From Candidatus Hydrogenedentota bacterium (lineage in GTDB: Bacteria > Hydrogenedentota > Hydrogenedentia > Hydrogenedentales > SLHB01), in assembly GCA_963674865.2 (NCBI GenBank), contig CAXXYE010000011.1, positions 1 to 64,000 on the forward strand: a stretch of 64,000 nucleotides of DNA. The letters run 5' to 3'. Below, piece by piece: positions 18,109 to 27,256 of this stretch; position 1 is the stretch's first letter; every line of letters starts with the position of its first letter. The position numbers and the translations under genes are program-made. Under the pieces are notes generated by a model. That model was not told where the DNA came from, did no database searches, and was given only the letters and a program-made list of their open reading frames with translations.

Positions 18109-20403
18109 ATGAGAATGCATGCACTGGTTTTTGTTCTGGGGATCTTGTCGAGTGGAGTTTGCTCGGGGGCGGAGGAGGGTCCGCTTCCTCAAGCGCTGGA
18201 CCTGGTCGGCGTGCATTCATACGCGCAGAAGATCGTTTGTGCGGGCGAGACGCTGCAGTTTCGCACCAGCGCAACGGTGCCGTACGAGCTTTCGATCTGC
18301 CGGCTGGGCCCGGAGATTGACGATCCGGCGGGCGATCAAGTGTTGAAGACGTTTCCGATCTCCGAGCCGACGCCGCAGCCGATCCATCCCGGGTCTTTCG
18401 TGCACGTGGGCAACCCGCTTGCGGCCGATGAGCCGCTGACGGCTTTGACGCTGGAGGTCTGGGTCCGTCCCTGGTTTCTCGGTGGATGGCAGACCCTGGT
18501 TTGTCAACACAACTATCCGGGCAACTGCGGCTTCGGCCTGTTTCTCGGGCCCGAAGGCAAAGCACAGTTCTATCTCGGCGACGGGGCCGATTATAGGTCT
18601 GAATGGGCGCTTATCGGACCGCAACTGGAAGCCCATCGCTGGCAGCACGTGGTGGGCACCTGGGACGGCAAGACCAAGCGGCTTTGGATCGACGGCAAGC
18701 TGGTGGGCGAGCAGCCGTTCGAGGGACCGGCCAAGCCGGGCCCGGCGCCGCTCTGGCTGGGGGCGTGCGGACACGACGGCCCTGCCGTGAACTTGCTGGA
18801 GGGCGATTTGGCGATGCCCGTGATATATGGGCGAACGCTTTCGGCCGAGGAGATCCAAGCCCGATTTCAGGAGCAAGGCCTCAGGCCGGCCACGGGCGAA
18901 AGTGTGCTGGCCTGCTGGCCGCTGGCCGAAGAGCGGGGCCGACGGATCGCCGATGTCTCGGGGCACGACCGCCACGGGCAGATCGTTAACTCGGGCACAT
19001 GGATGATCGGAGGGCCGAGTTTCGACGGGGAAAAGGTGCCGCGCTACTCGGACTATGATCCGGCCAAGGACCCGCGGCGCGGACATGGGCTGCGGCTGGC
19101 TTCGGACGACTATTACGACTGCGGCTGGAAGGTGACGGAGGAGTACCAACTTCCCAAAACGGCCAAGCCGGGGCTTTATGTGGGCCGGTTTCGTTTCGAG
19201 ATCGAGGGCGTGCCTCGGTTGTATCACGTTACGTTCGTGGTGAAGAAGCGGCCCGAGGCGGCCAAGGCCCCGATTCTGATGATCGCTTCGACAAATTCCT
19301 GGCTGGCGTACAACGCAACGTCGTTTCCGATGTCGCCGCCGGGGCTGCTTTATCATTGGGGAACCGGCGGGATTACCAACAGCGCCGGCAATCCGCCGGC
19401 CTATTGCATGTATCGCAACCATCGGGCCGGGCAGCCGGCGTACAAGTCTGGGGTCAACATGCCATGGCCCAACGCCGGCCCCTACGTGCTCTATGCCCAG
19501 GGAGGTTCTGGATACAGCCACCTGGCCCGGGCCGAGCGGTTTGCCCTGGTCTGGCTGGAAGAAAACGGATACGAGTACGACATCGTGGGCGATCTGGACG
19601 TGCATCGCGATCCGGATCTTCTGTCGGGCTACAAGGTGGTGATGATCAACGGGCACGGCGAGTATTGGACTCAAGAGGCCTATCGCAATATGGACCGCTA
19701 TCTCGAAGGCGGCGGCAACGTGATGGTGTTGTCGGGCAACGTGATGCTCTGGCGGGTCAGCTTCAATGACGACGAGAGTATCATGGAGTGCCGCAAGCTG
19801 GACACCGCACTCGGAGGCAGGGCGGGGTGCACCGTGGGCGAAACCTGGCACGGTCAGGACGGTCTGCGCGGCAGTCAGTTGCGCGAGTGCGGCACGCCGG
19901 CCTGGAAGCTGATCGGGCTGGATACGTTCGGTTGGGCCAGCATTGGCCCCAACGATTTCGGTCTCTATCACGTCGAACACCCGGAGCATTTTCTCTTCAA
20001 CCGGCCCGAGCGCGTGGGGCTCGAAAAGGGCGAGACGTTCGGCGGCGCGCCTGGGGGCGGACTGCCGATGGCCGTGGGACACGAATGCGACGTGCGGCTG
20101 AGCCGGTTGCTAGAGGTGACCGCCGACGTGCCCGAGGGGGCCACGTTGCCCAAGGAACCGGGCGGCATGGTGACCCTGGCCAACGGCGTGCTTCCCGCCT
20201 ACGCCGGGCTGGATTATTTCACTCGCAAGGTGGCTTTGAAGGACGCGGTCGTGGCCCAGATGCTCTATTGGGAGCGTCCTCAAGGCGGCCGCGTCTTCCA
20301 TGCGGGCTCGCTCGGGTCCGGGTGGGGGCTTTCGGTGGATCCCAAGTTTCAGACGTTGATCCGCAATGTGCTGCATCATTTTGGCGTGCAGACGGAGAAG
20401 TGA
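18109..20403 (+). CDS. Secreted N,N-dimethylformamidase large-subunit-like protein with LamG domain
   Basis: Signal peptide; LamG-like WQHVVGTWDG..LWIDG; STNSWLAYN, WLEENGYEYD, INGHGEYWT, LSGNVMLWRV. Confidence 0.75.
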   Translation: MRMHALVFVLGILSSGVCSGAEEGPLPQALDLVGVHSYAQKIVCAGETLQFRTSATVPYELSICRLGPEIDDPAGDQVLKTFPISEPTPQPIHPGSFVHVGNPLAADEPLTALTLEVWVRPWFLGGWQTLVCQHNYPGNCGFGLFLGPEGKAQFYLGDGADYRSEWALIGPQLEAHRWQHVVGTWDGKTKRLWIDGKLVGEQPFEGPAKPGPAPLWLGACGHDGPAVNLLEGDLAMPVIYGRTLSAEEIQARFQEQGLRPATGESVLACWPLAEERGRRIADVSGHDRHGQIVNSGTWMIGGPSFDGEKVPRYSDYDPAKDPRRGHGLRLASDDYYDCGWKVTEEYQLPKTAKPGLYVGRFRFEIEGVPRLYHVTFVVKKRPEAAKAPILMIASTNSWLAYNATSFPMSPPGLLYHWGTGGITNSAGNPPAYCMYRNHRAGQPAYKSGVNMPWPNAGPYVLYAQGGSGYSHLARAERFALVWLEENGYEYDIVGDLDVHRDPDLLSGYKVVMINGHGEYWTQEAYRNMDRYLEGGGNVMVLSGNVMLWRVSFNDDESIMECRKLDTALGGRAGCTVGETWHGQDGLRGSQLRECGTPAWKLIGLDTFGWASIGPNDFGLYHVEHPEHFLFNRPERVGLEKGETFGGAPGGGLPMAVGHECDVRLSRLLEVTADVPEGATLPKEPGGMVTLANGVLPAYAGLDYFTRKVALKDAVVAQMLYWERPQGGRVFHAGSLGSGWGLSVDPKFQTLIRNVLHHFGVQTEK

Positions 20404-20440
20404 AAGGGTGACCCGACGGTCTCTGCCGGGAAACGTCCGT

Positions 20441-20610
20441 CGTAACCCGAAGCGTAAGCGAGGGAACGGCCTGCCATCATGACCGTCCCTGTCTTACGCC
20501 TTTCGAAGTTGCGCTCTCGGTGCAAGTAGCGTCGGCATACTAACCCGAAGCGCAAGCGAGGAAAGAGAGGCCTGCAACCCCTCCCTTCGCCTGCGCTTCA
20601 GGTTAGTGTA
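20441..20610. repeat. Two inverted pairs of an AACCCGAAGCGYAAGCGAGG REP-like repeat
   Basis: TAACCCGAAGCGTAAGCGAGG and CTAACCCGAAGCGCAAGCGAGG...CCTTCGCCTGCGCTTCAGGTTAG; same family as 34183-34251. Confidence 0.7.
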
Positions 20611-20758
20611 CACGTTTGAACAGTTGACGTCGGACACACAGGCAACGACAATTGGGTCTGAATAGGCCCGAACGGCGAACAGATTCGCGTGGTCCAAGTG
20701 CCTCGTTTGAGGGCCGCTCCTTCTATGTTCCGGATAGATTCATCTCGTGGAGATTGTC

Positions 20759-21538
20759 ATGACCAAACGTGTATTCCTTCTTGCCTGCCTGTTGTCTGTT
20801 TCGTTGTCGGCATGCACGGCCGAAGCCGCCGATGACGGCTTCGTTTCGCTCTTCAACGGCAAGGATCTTACCGGGTGGAAGGTCAAGATCACGGGCTACG
20901 ACCTGGGCGATAACTTTGGAGACACTTTTCGCGTCGAGGACGGGCTCTTAAAGGTGGCCTACGATCGGTATGAAAAGTTCGAGGGCAGATTCGGCCATAT
21001 CTTCTACCGGCAGCCTTTCTCGAACTACATTCTGCGCGTCGAGTACCGGTTTGTGGGCGAGCAGGTGCCTGGGGGACCGAGCTGGGCTTTTCGGAACAGC
21101 GGGATCATGATTCACGGGCAGGCGCCGGAGAGCATGAGAAAGGACCAGGACTTCCCGGTCTCGATCGAAGTCCAGCTTCTGGGCGGGAGCGGTTCGGGGG
21201 AGCGAACGACAGGCAATGTCTGCACGCCCGGCACGCACATCGTGATGGGCGGAAAACTGATTACCCAGCACTGCAACAGTTCCAGTTCCAAAACCTATCA
21301 CGGCGATCAATGGGTTACCATGGAGGTGGAAGTGCGGGGTGGCAAGCTTATCAAACATATCATCGAGGGCAAGACGGTGATGGAATATACCGAACCGCAA
21401 CTGGACGAAAAGGATGCCGACGCGAAGAAGCTGATCAAGAACGGCGCGAAGCTTTTGACGGGCGGTTCGATCTCGCTGCAGTCGGAGAGCCATCCGGTGG
21501 AATTTCGCAAGATAGAGATTCGCAAGCTGGAAGACTGA
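20759..21538 (+). CDS. DUF1080 (3-keto-glycoside hydrolase family) secreted protein
   Basis: FVSLFNGKDLTGW, RNSGIM, SIEVQLL, ISLQSESHPVEFRKIEIR. Confidence 0.92.
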   Translation: MTKRVFLLACLLSVSLSACTAEAADDGFVSLFNGKDLTGWKVKITGYDLGDNFGDTFRVEDGLLKVAYDRYEKFEGRFGHIFYRQPFSNYILRVEYRFVGEQVPGGPSWAFRNSGIMIHGQAPESMRKDQDFPVSIEVQLLGGSGSGERTTGNVCTPGTHIVMGGKLITQHCNSSSSKTYHGDQWVTMEVEVRGGKLIKHIIEGKTVMEYTEPQLDEKDADAKKLIKNGAKLLTGGSISLQSESHPVEFRKIEIRKLED

Positions 21539-21627
21539 GTCAGAGGGCCCCCGAACGTCACGGATTCATTCGGCAATGGCCACCGGGCGCCCGCCGGCCC
21601 CTGGTCGCCAAGAACAGGACAAGTGCC

Positions 21628-23070
21628 ATGAAATGCCCTTCGACTTCTTCGCGATCGATGGCAGTCTACCCGGCTCTGCTCTGCTCGGTATTGTTGCTCT
21701 TCACCTCGAATCTGGCGGCCGCCGATGATGTTCGACGTCCCAACATCGTTGTTATTCTGGTGGACGACCTTCGCTGGGACGAGTTGGGGTGCATGGGGCA
21801 CCCGTTCGTCAAGACGCCGCAAATCGACCGGATCGCGAGGGAGGGTGCCGCCTTTCGCAACGCCTTTGCCACCACGCCGCTCTGCTCGCCGGTTCGAGCT
21901 TCGCTCTTGACGGGTCTCTACGCTCACGGTCACGGGATCGTGGACAACACCAACCGCAGCCAAGACAGCCACCGGCTAAAGACGTTTCCCCGCGAGTTGC
22001 AGAGGTCTGGATACGAGACGGGCTACGTGGGTAAATGGCACATGGGCAACGACCCCACGGCCCGACCGGGTTTCGACTATTGGGTCAGCATCAAGGGCCA
22101 GGGAGCGACGACCGACCCCGAGATATATGAAGACGGCCGTCTGGGGCGGGTACCCGGCTATATCACCGACATCTTTACAGATCGGGTGGTGACGTTCATC
22201 AAGAGGCCCAGGACGAAACCGTTCTTCGTCTACCTGGCCCACAAGGCGATTCACCCCAATCTGGTCCAGTACGACGACGGCAGCATCAGCGACCCCGCGG
22301 CGGCGGTCTTCATTCCCGCTGCCCGTCACGAGGGTCTTTACGCGGACGCGGCGATCGATCGCCGTCCGAACGCGGCCGATGATCTCCAGGGCAAGCCGGC
22401 CCTGCAGCGAACCATTGCCGGGGTGCCGCCGCTGGGGCCGGCGACGGGTTCGTCGGAGACAACGATCCGAAACCGCTTGCGGATGATGGGGGCCGTCGAC
22501 GAAGGCGTGGGGCGGATATATCGGGCACTCGAGGAGATCGGTCAGTTGGACGACACGATCTTCGTCGTCACCAGCGACCACGGCTATTTCAACGGCGAAC
22601 ACGGCCTCAGCGTTGAGCGGCGACTGGCCTACGAGGAAACCGCCCGGGTGCCGCTTCTGGTTCGGTATCCGCGAGTTGTCAAGCCGGCCTCGGAAATTGA
22701 CCAGATGGCCCTAAGCGTCGACTTGGCCCCCACGCTTCTGGAACTCTCGGGCACGGAAGCCGGCCACAAAATGCACGGCCGTTCGCTGGCCCCCCTTTTC
22801 GAAGGCGAGACCCACGGCTGGCGGAAATCGTTCCTGATCGAGTATTACAGCGACACGGTCTTCCCCCGCGTGCTGAGAATGGGATACAAGGCCGTCCGCA
22901 CCGAACGGTACAAGTATATTCATTACCTGGAACTCGACGGGATGGACGAGTTGTACGATCTCGAAACGGATCCGTACGAGATGAAGAACTTGTTTTACGA
23001 TCCCGCTTCGCAAGAGATTGCGGGGCGGATGAAGAAGGAGTTGGAACGGCTGCTGGCGGAGACGAAGTAG
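21628..23070 (+). CDS. Sulfatase (N-acetylglucosamine-6-sulfatase-like)
   Basis: PNIVVILVDDLRW, LCSPVRASLLTG, GKWHMG, HKAIH, TSDHGYF. Confidence 0.9.
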   Translation: MKCPSTSSRSMAVYPALLCSVLLLFTSNLAAADDVRRPNIVVILVDDLRWDELGCMGHPFVKTPQIDRIAREGAAFRNAFATTPLCSPVRASLLTGLYAHGHGIVDNTNRSQDSHRLKTFPRELQRSGYETGYVGKWHMGNDPTARPGFDYWVSIKGQGATTDPEIYEDGRLGRVPGYITDIFTDRVVTFIKRPRTKPFFVYLAHKAIHPNLVQYDDGSISDPAAAVFIPAARHEGLYADAAIDRRPNAADDLQGKPALQRTIAGVPPLGPATGSSETTIRNRLRMMGAVDEGVGRIYRALEEIGQLDDTIFVVTSDHGYFNGEHGLSVERRLAYEETARVPLLVRYPRVVKPASEIDQMALSVDLAPTLLELSGTEAGHKMHGRSLAPLFEGETHGWRKSFLIEYYSDTVFPRVLRMGYKAVRTERYKYIHYLELDGMDELYDLETDPYEMKNLFYDPASQEIAGRMKKELERLLAETK

Positions 23071-23146
23071 ACCTGGATGGTACATTGTTTCTAAGCACGG
23101 TGCGCGGAGCGCACCCTACCCTGGAAAACAACAAGGAGCTTGCGCG

Positions 23147-24754
23147 ATGACCCAAGAGAACAAGAGGCAGCGATCCGGCGACACGCATGCCTGCTGTTCG
23201 TGCGGCATGCAAGGCCCCACGACGGGGCACGGTATCTCGCGACGCGGGTTTCTCAGCGGGGTGGGGCACGGGGCGGCGGGCGTCGCGTTGGCAAACATGG
23301 CCGTGGCGGGGGCATCGGCGGAGGGACGCGAATCGGAAGGCGGGGTGGGAACTTCGTTGCCGCCAGGGGCCACGCTCAAGGTGCAGCCGGCCCTGATCTA
23401 CCAGATTCCGACTCCCCAGGAAAAGACCAGTTGGCGTTGGTACGGCGGCATTCAGACGATGGAGCAAGTCCACGCCGAGGCCAAACGGCTCGACCATGAT
23501 CTAAAGGATTTGGCCGTGAAGTCGGATTTCCCCGTCGAGTTTCTGCCGGTTGCCCTGGTAGGCGAGGCGGGGGCGGCCGCCAAAGTCGCGGCCACCCAAT
23601 GCGACACCATGCTGATGTTCGGGGCCTGCGGATACGGAGCAGAACTGCCCCATATCCTGGCCGGCGGGGAAAAGCCGGCGGTGATGTTTCTGCGGCACCG
23701 CACCGAGCCGAACTACTGCCAACACGTCTCCACGCACGCCATCTTCCTGCGAACCTGGACCGACACTCGAACCGAGCCGAGGATGGACGTTCACGACGTA
23801 GCCGTGGACGACTATCAAGAGGTGATCTGGCGGTTGCGGGCCTTGTACGGCCTGAAGAATGCCAAGGGGACGACCATGCTGGCCATCGGCGGCCTTCAGC
23901 ACTACAGTCCCGAGGGCACCAAGCACGGCGAGAAACATGCCAGGGAGCTATGGGATTATCGGATCGAGACGATCTCGCTGGAGGACTTTGGCAAGCGGCT
24001 GAACCAGGCTCGAAAGAGCGCCGACGCCGTGAAAGAGGCCCAGCGCCGGACCGAGGCCCTCTTGGCCGAACCGGGTGTGACGCTTGCAACCGATCGGAAA
24101 TTCGTCTTCAACAGCTTCCTGGCCCTAAATACGGTCAATCGAGTGATGCAAGAGACGGGGGCCACGAATTTTGGCTTCGGCGGTTGCATGGGCCGGCCGG
24201 TGATCGAGATGCTGGATACGCCGCCGTGTCTGATTTTGGCGCTGGCCAACGACACGGGGTCCACGGCTTTCTGCCACGCGGACCTGACCCACACCGTGCC
24301 CGGGGTCCTGCTGCGGTGGATTTCGGGCAAGCCGACCTTTGTGGCGAATTCGCATTTTCCGCATAAGGGCATTTTTACGGTGGCCCACTGCGCCGCCCCG
24401 CGAAAGATGAACGGCCGCCAACCACACCCGACCGCGATCATGACGCATTACGAATCGGACTACGGCGCCGCTACGAAGGTCGACTACCCCAAGGGCCAAG
24501 AGGTGACCGTGATCTGTCCGGCGGTCGACTGCTCGACCTGGCAGGGGTTTCGGGGCAAGATCATCGAGTCGCCGTCCCGCCCCGCGTGTCGCTCGCAGAT
24601 GGACATCGCCATCGACGGCAACTGGCGGAGGCTGTTGGAGGAACAGGTTGGGTTCCACGTGGATATCTGCTACGACGATTACCTTCGCGAAGTGGGCTAC
24701 GCGCTGAAGAAGCTGGGGACCGTCTCCTGGACGAATTTCAGCGAGCCGGCATAG
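23147..24754 (+). CDS. Tat-exported L-fucose/L-arabinose isomerase-like protein
   Basis: SRRGFL Tat motif; PPCL, AHCAAP, THYESDYGAA.KV, CRSQ motifs of the fucose-isomerase-like family. Confidence 0.6.
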   Translation: MTQENKRQRSGDTHACCSCGMQGPTTGHGISRRGFLSGVGHGAAGVALANMAVAGASAEGRESEGGVGTSLPPGATLKVQPALIYQIPTPQEKTSWRWYGGIQTMEQVHAEAKRLDHDLKDLAVKSDFPVEFLPVALVGEAGAAAKVAATQCDTMLMFGACGYGAELPHILAGGEKPAVMFLRHRTEPNYCQHVSTHAIFLRTWTDTRTEPRMDVHDVAVDDYQEVIWRLRALYGLKNAKGTTMLAIGGLQHYSPEGTKHGEKHARELWDYRIETISLEDFGKRLNQARKSADAVKEAQRRTEALLAEPGVTLATDRKFVFNSFLALNTVNRVMQETGATNFGFGGCMGRPVIEMLDTPPCLILALANDTGSTAFCHADLTHTVPGVLLRWISGKPTFVANSHFPHKGIFTVAHCAAPRKMNGRQPHPTAIMTHYESDYGAATKVDYPKGQEVTVICPAVDCSTWQGFRGKIIESPSRPACRSQMDIAIDGNWRRLLEEQVGFHVDICYDDYLREVGYALKKLGTVSWTNFSEPA

Positions 24755-24964
24755 CGGCCCTTTGTTGCACGCGGTCGAAGCTTCCGTTAGGCTAATCCAC
24801 TACGGGCCGTTGGTCTGTTGACTCTGACCTGACGGGGGCCAGGAGCAGCTTGTCTGCCCCTGATCGGGCCGGGTCGGGCAAGCCTCCCGTGGCGCCCCGT
24901 CCGGCCATCCACGTCTGACAGAACAACACGGTCGCACCACTTCTATACAGAGGAACCCCACGCC

Positions 24965-25951
24965 ATGAAACGCTTCTTCCGACTAACTCCCCTGCTGGTT
25001 GTCGCGACCGTGATCTGTCAAGCGGAATCCCGTTTGAGGGCTGCGGAACCTCCGGCACCGCGAGCCCGGGCCGAGGTCGAGGCCGTGCTGGCCAAGGCGC
25101 CCGCTCCGCCGGCTGAAGACAAACTCAAGGACCTGAACGTGGTTCTCTGGGCCGACGTCAAGGACCACGGTCCGGGCGAGCACGACTATCCCCTCTGGCA
25201 GAAGCGCTGGGCGGTGCTCTTGGGCGGCAAGGGCGCCGGCGAAAGCGACGCCGAGCAAGTCAATCTGCACGGCCCGGCTTGCGACGCGGACGGCCGAGCG
25301 ACGTCGGGTGCTCCCAAGGTGAACGTCGAGTTGGCCTGGAAGTGGCCGGGCAACGATCAGGTGGAGCGGTCCGACGTGATGGTGATGTTCTGTTACCGCT
25401 CGGGCGGCGAGCAACGTTCCTGGACCGACCTGCGAATCAAACGAATCCAACGCTACGTGGCCCAGGGCGGCGGCTTGGTGGTGATACACCCGGCGACCTT
25501 CACCGAGCGCCATCTGGCCGAGACGGGAAGAGAAGACATCGCCGGCGTGACCGGACTGCTCTTCGATCGGGCCACGATTGTATGGCGTCACGGACCGATA
25601 GATCTCAACATCGTTGCCCCCCAGCACCCGATCTGCCTCGGCCTGCCGTCGAAGATCGGCCTCTTCGACGAACCCTACTGGCCGCCGGTGGGCAAGCTGG
25701 CCGACGTGACCGTTCTGGCCACCTCGGATGAGTCGGACAAAGACCGCAGCGGAACGCCCGGCCCCCAACCGATGTTCTGGACGGCCGAATATGGCAAAGG
25801 GAAGGTCTTCGGCTGCGTGCCGGGGCACTTCAACTGGACGTTCGACGATCCTTACTTTCGCATCCTGCTCTTGCGGGGGATGGCGTGGGCGGCTGGGGAA
25901 TCGCCCTACCGGTTCGATCTGCTGGTGACGCGAGGGGCCACGATGAAGTGA
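24965..25951 (+). CDS. ThuA-like (class I glutamine amidotransferase-like) domain secreted protein
   Basis: KDHGPGEHDYP, GGGLVVIH, HPI..G, DEPYW, PMFW...YGKGKVF...PGH. Confidence 0.82.
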   Translation: MKRFFRLTPLLVVATVICQAESRLRAAEPPAPRARAEVEAVLAKAPAPPAEDKLKDLNVVLWADVKDHGPGEHDYPLWQKRWAVLLGGKGAGESDAEQVNLHGPACDADGRATSGAPKVNVELAWKWPGNDQVERSDVMVMFCYRSGGEQRSWTDLRIKRIQRYVAQGGGLVVIHPATFTERHLAETGREDIAGVTGLLFDRATIVWRHGPIDLNIVAPQHPICLGLPSKIGLFDEPYWPPVGKLADVTVLATSDESDKDRSGTPGPQPMFWTAEYGKGKVFGCVPGHFNWTFDDPYFRILLLRGMAWAAGESPYRFDLLVTRGATMK

Positions 25952-26001
25952 GACAGTCGCCAAACGGTGGCGATGTGCGGACACCGCACCATCAATTTGC
26001 G

Positions 26002-27099
26002 CTAGAGCCGATTGAGAAGCGCGGCCAGGAAATCGCGATTGTCGCACTGCAGGTAGTCGAGCGTTCCGCCCATCCGGGCAAAGCTCTTGCAATAGCGGAG
26101 GTAGTAGGCCGGGTTGTCCGACGGTGGTTCGCCGGTGGTCCAGTCCCAGCCGCCGGCGTCCTGGATGTCGACGATCGCCAGGTAGTGGTCCTTGATGTAG
26201 GGGCGGCCGTCCTGCTCGCGGATGTTGTTGACGGCACTGAGGGCCTTTTCGAACACCTGCGGGCTCATGATCGCCGAGCCGACCGAGATGTAGACGCCGC
26301 CGTCGAGCCGGTCGACCTGTTGGGCGAAGATTCGGGCGTCGGTTTCGGCGGCTCGTCCGATAGCGGCGCCGTGATACATCGGATGATTGACGATAATGTC
26401 GTAGCCGATGCCGGGATGTACGGTCAGGGGAATCTCTCGTGCGAAGGCTGCGGCCAGGATCGAGTACTGTCTGAAGGGATGTTCGACTTCGAGCCGGCCC
26501 GGGGGGAGATGGAAACGTTGGATGGAGTGGAGGAGGTCGGCCCGGGCTGCGGTGAGCGGAGCGGCGGGGTCCGCCAGGATCTGTTGGCGCAGAGTGTTCG
26601 CGTCGGGTAGGACGAGTTCATTCTCGGTGATCAATTTGCCAACGGCTTCGCCGAAGCCCATTCCGACGGCGGCGCCGGCGATCACCGCCAAGTTGATCCA
26701 GCGCCCGGTCTCTTCCCAGCTACCGAAGCGGCCCAGAGGGGTGTTTTCGCGAACCGACTCACCGGAAGCGGCCTGATAAGCAAACTCCCAGTCGTGGATT
26801 ACGCCCGCCCCCTGGGTGGCCAGGTGGGTAACATGGCCCCCGTCAATAAGCGCGTTGACCAGCGGTGCGCAGCCGTTCTTGACCAGGTGTGCGCCGTAGG
26901 CGAACATGACGGAGGCCCCCGTTTCGCGGGCGGCGCGGATCCGTTCAGCCAACCGGTCGACCCGCCCCTGCAACTGGGTGCCGATCTTCGGCGGGGGTCG
27001 GTTGGGATCGATCGCCAGCTTGCGGATGTCGAGCAGGTTGCGGCGCTCGGCCAGAGGAAACGCTCTTATCCGTCCGGCGTCAAGCTTGTCGAACGTCAC
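26002..27099 (-). CDS. Hypothetical protein, deoxyhypusine-synthase-like fold
   Basis: YGAHLVKNG, THLATQGAGVIHDWE, PLTVHPGIGYDI, YISVGSAIMSPQVFEKAL. GTG start inferred. Confidence 0.55.
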   Translation of the reverse strand: MTFDKLDAGRIRAFPLAERRNLLDIRKLAIDPNRPPPKIGTQLQGRVDRLAERIRAARETGASVMFAYGAHLVKNGCAPLVNALIDGGHVTHLATQGAGVIHDWEFAYQAASGESVRENTPLGRFGSWEETGRWINLAVIAGAAVGMGFGEAVGKLITENELVLPDANTLRQQILADPAAPLTAARADLLHSIQRFHLPPGRLEVEHPFRQYSILAAAFAREIPLTVHPGIGYDIIVNHPMYHGAAIGRAAETDARIFAQQVDRLDGGVYISVGSAIMSPQVFEKALSAVNNIREQDGRPYIKDHYLAIVDIQDAGGWDWTTGEPPSDNPAYYLRYCKSFARMGGTLDYLQCDNRDFLAALLNRL

Positions 27100-27256
27100 G
27101 GGATACCTTTCTGGATAACAAGAACGGTTCGTTTGGAGAATGCCGACGGTCACGGACGACGGGAGGACGGTCGCGGATTTCGTGACGGTGCCGGTTTTCC
27201 AAGCCGGGGCTTGGGAACGAGGCGATTTGGCGTTGGCCGGGTCGGCCGGCGGGTTG

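Noticed and set aside
18217..20082. Long antisense ORFs (also 42782-44461, 47880-49310, 36902-38230)
   Set aside because: Shadow frames of real genes, expected in GC-rich DNA; no motifs.
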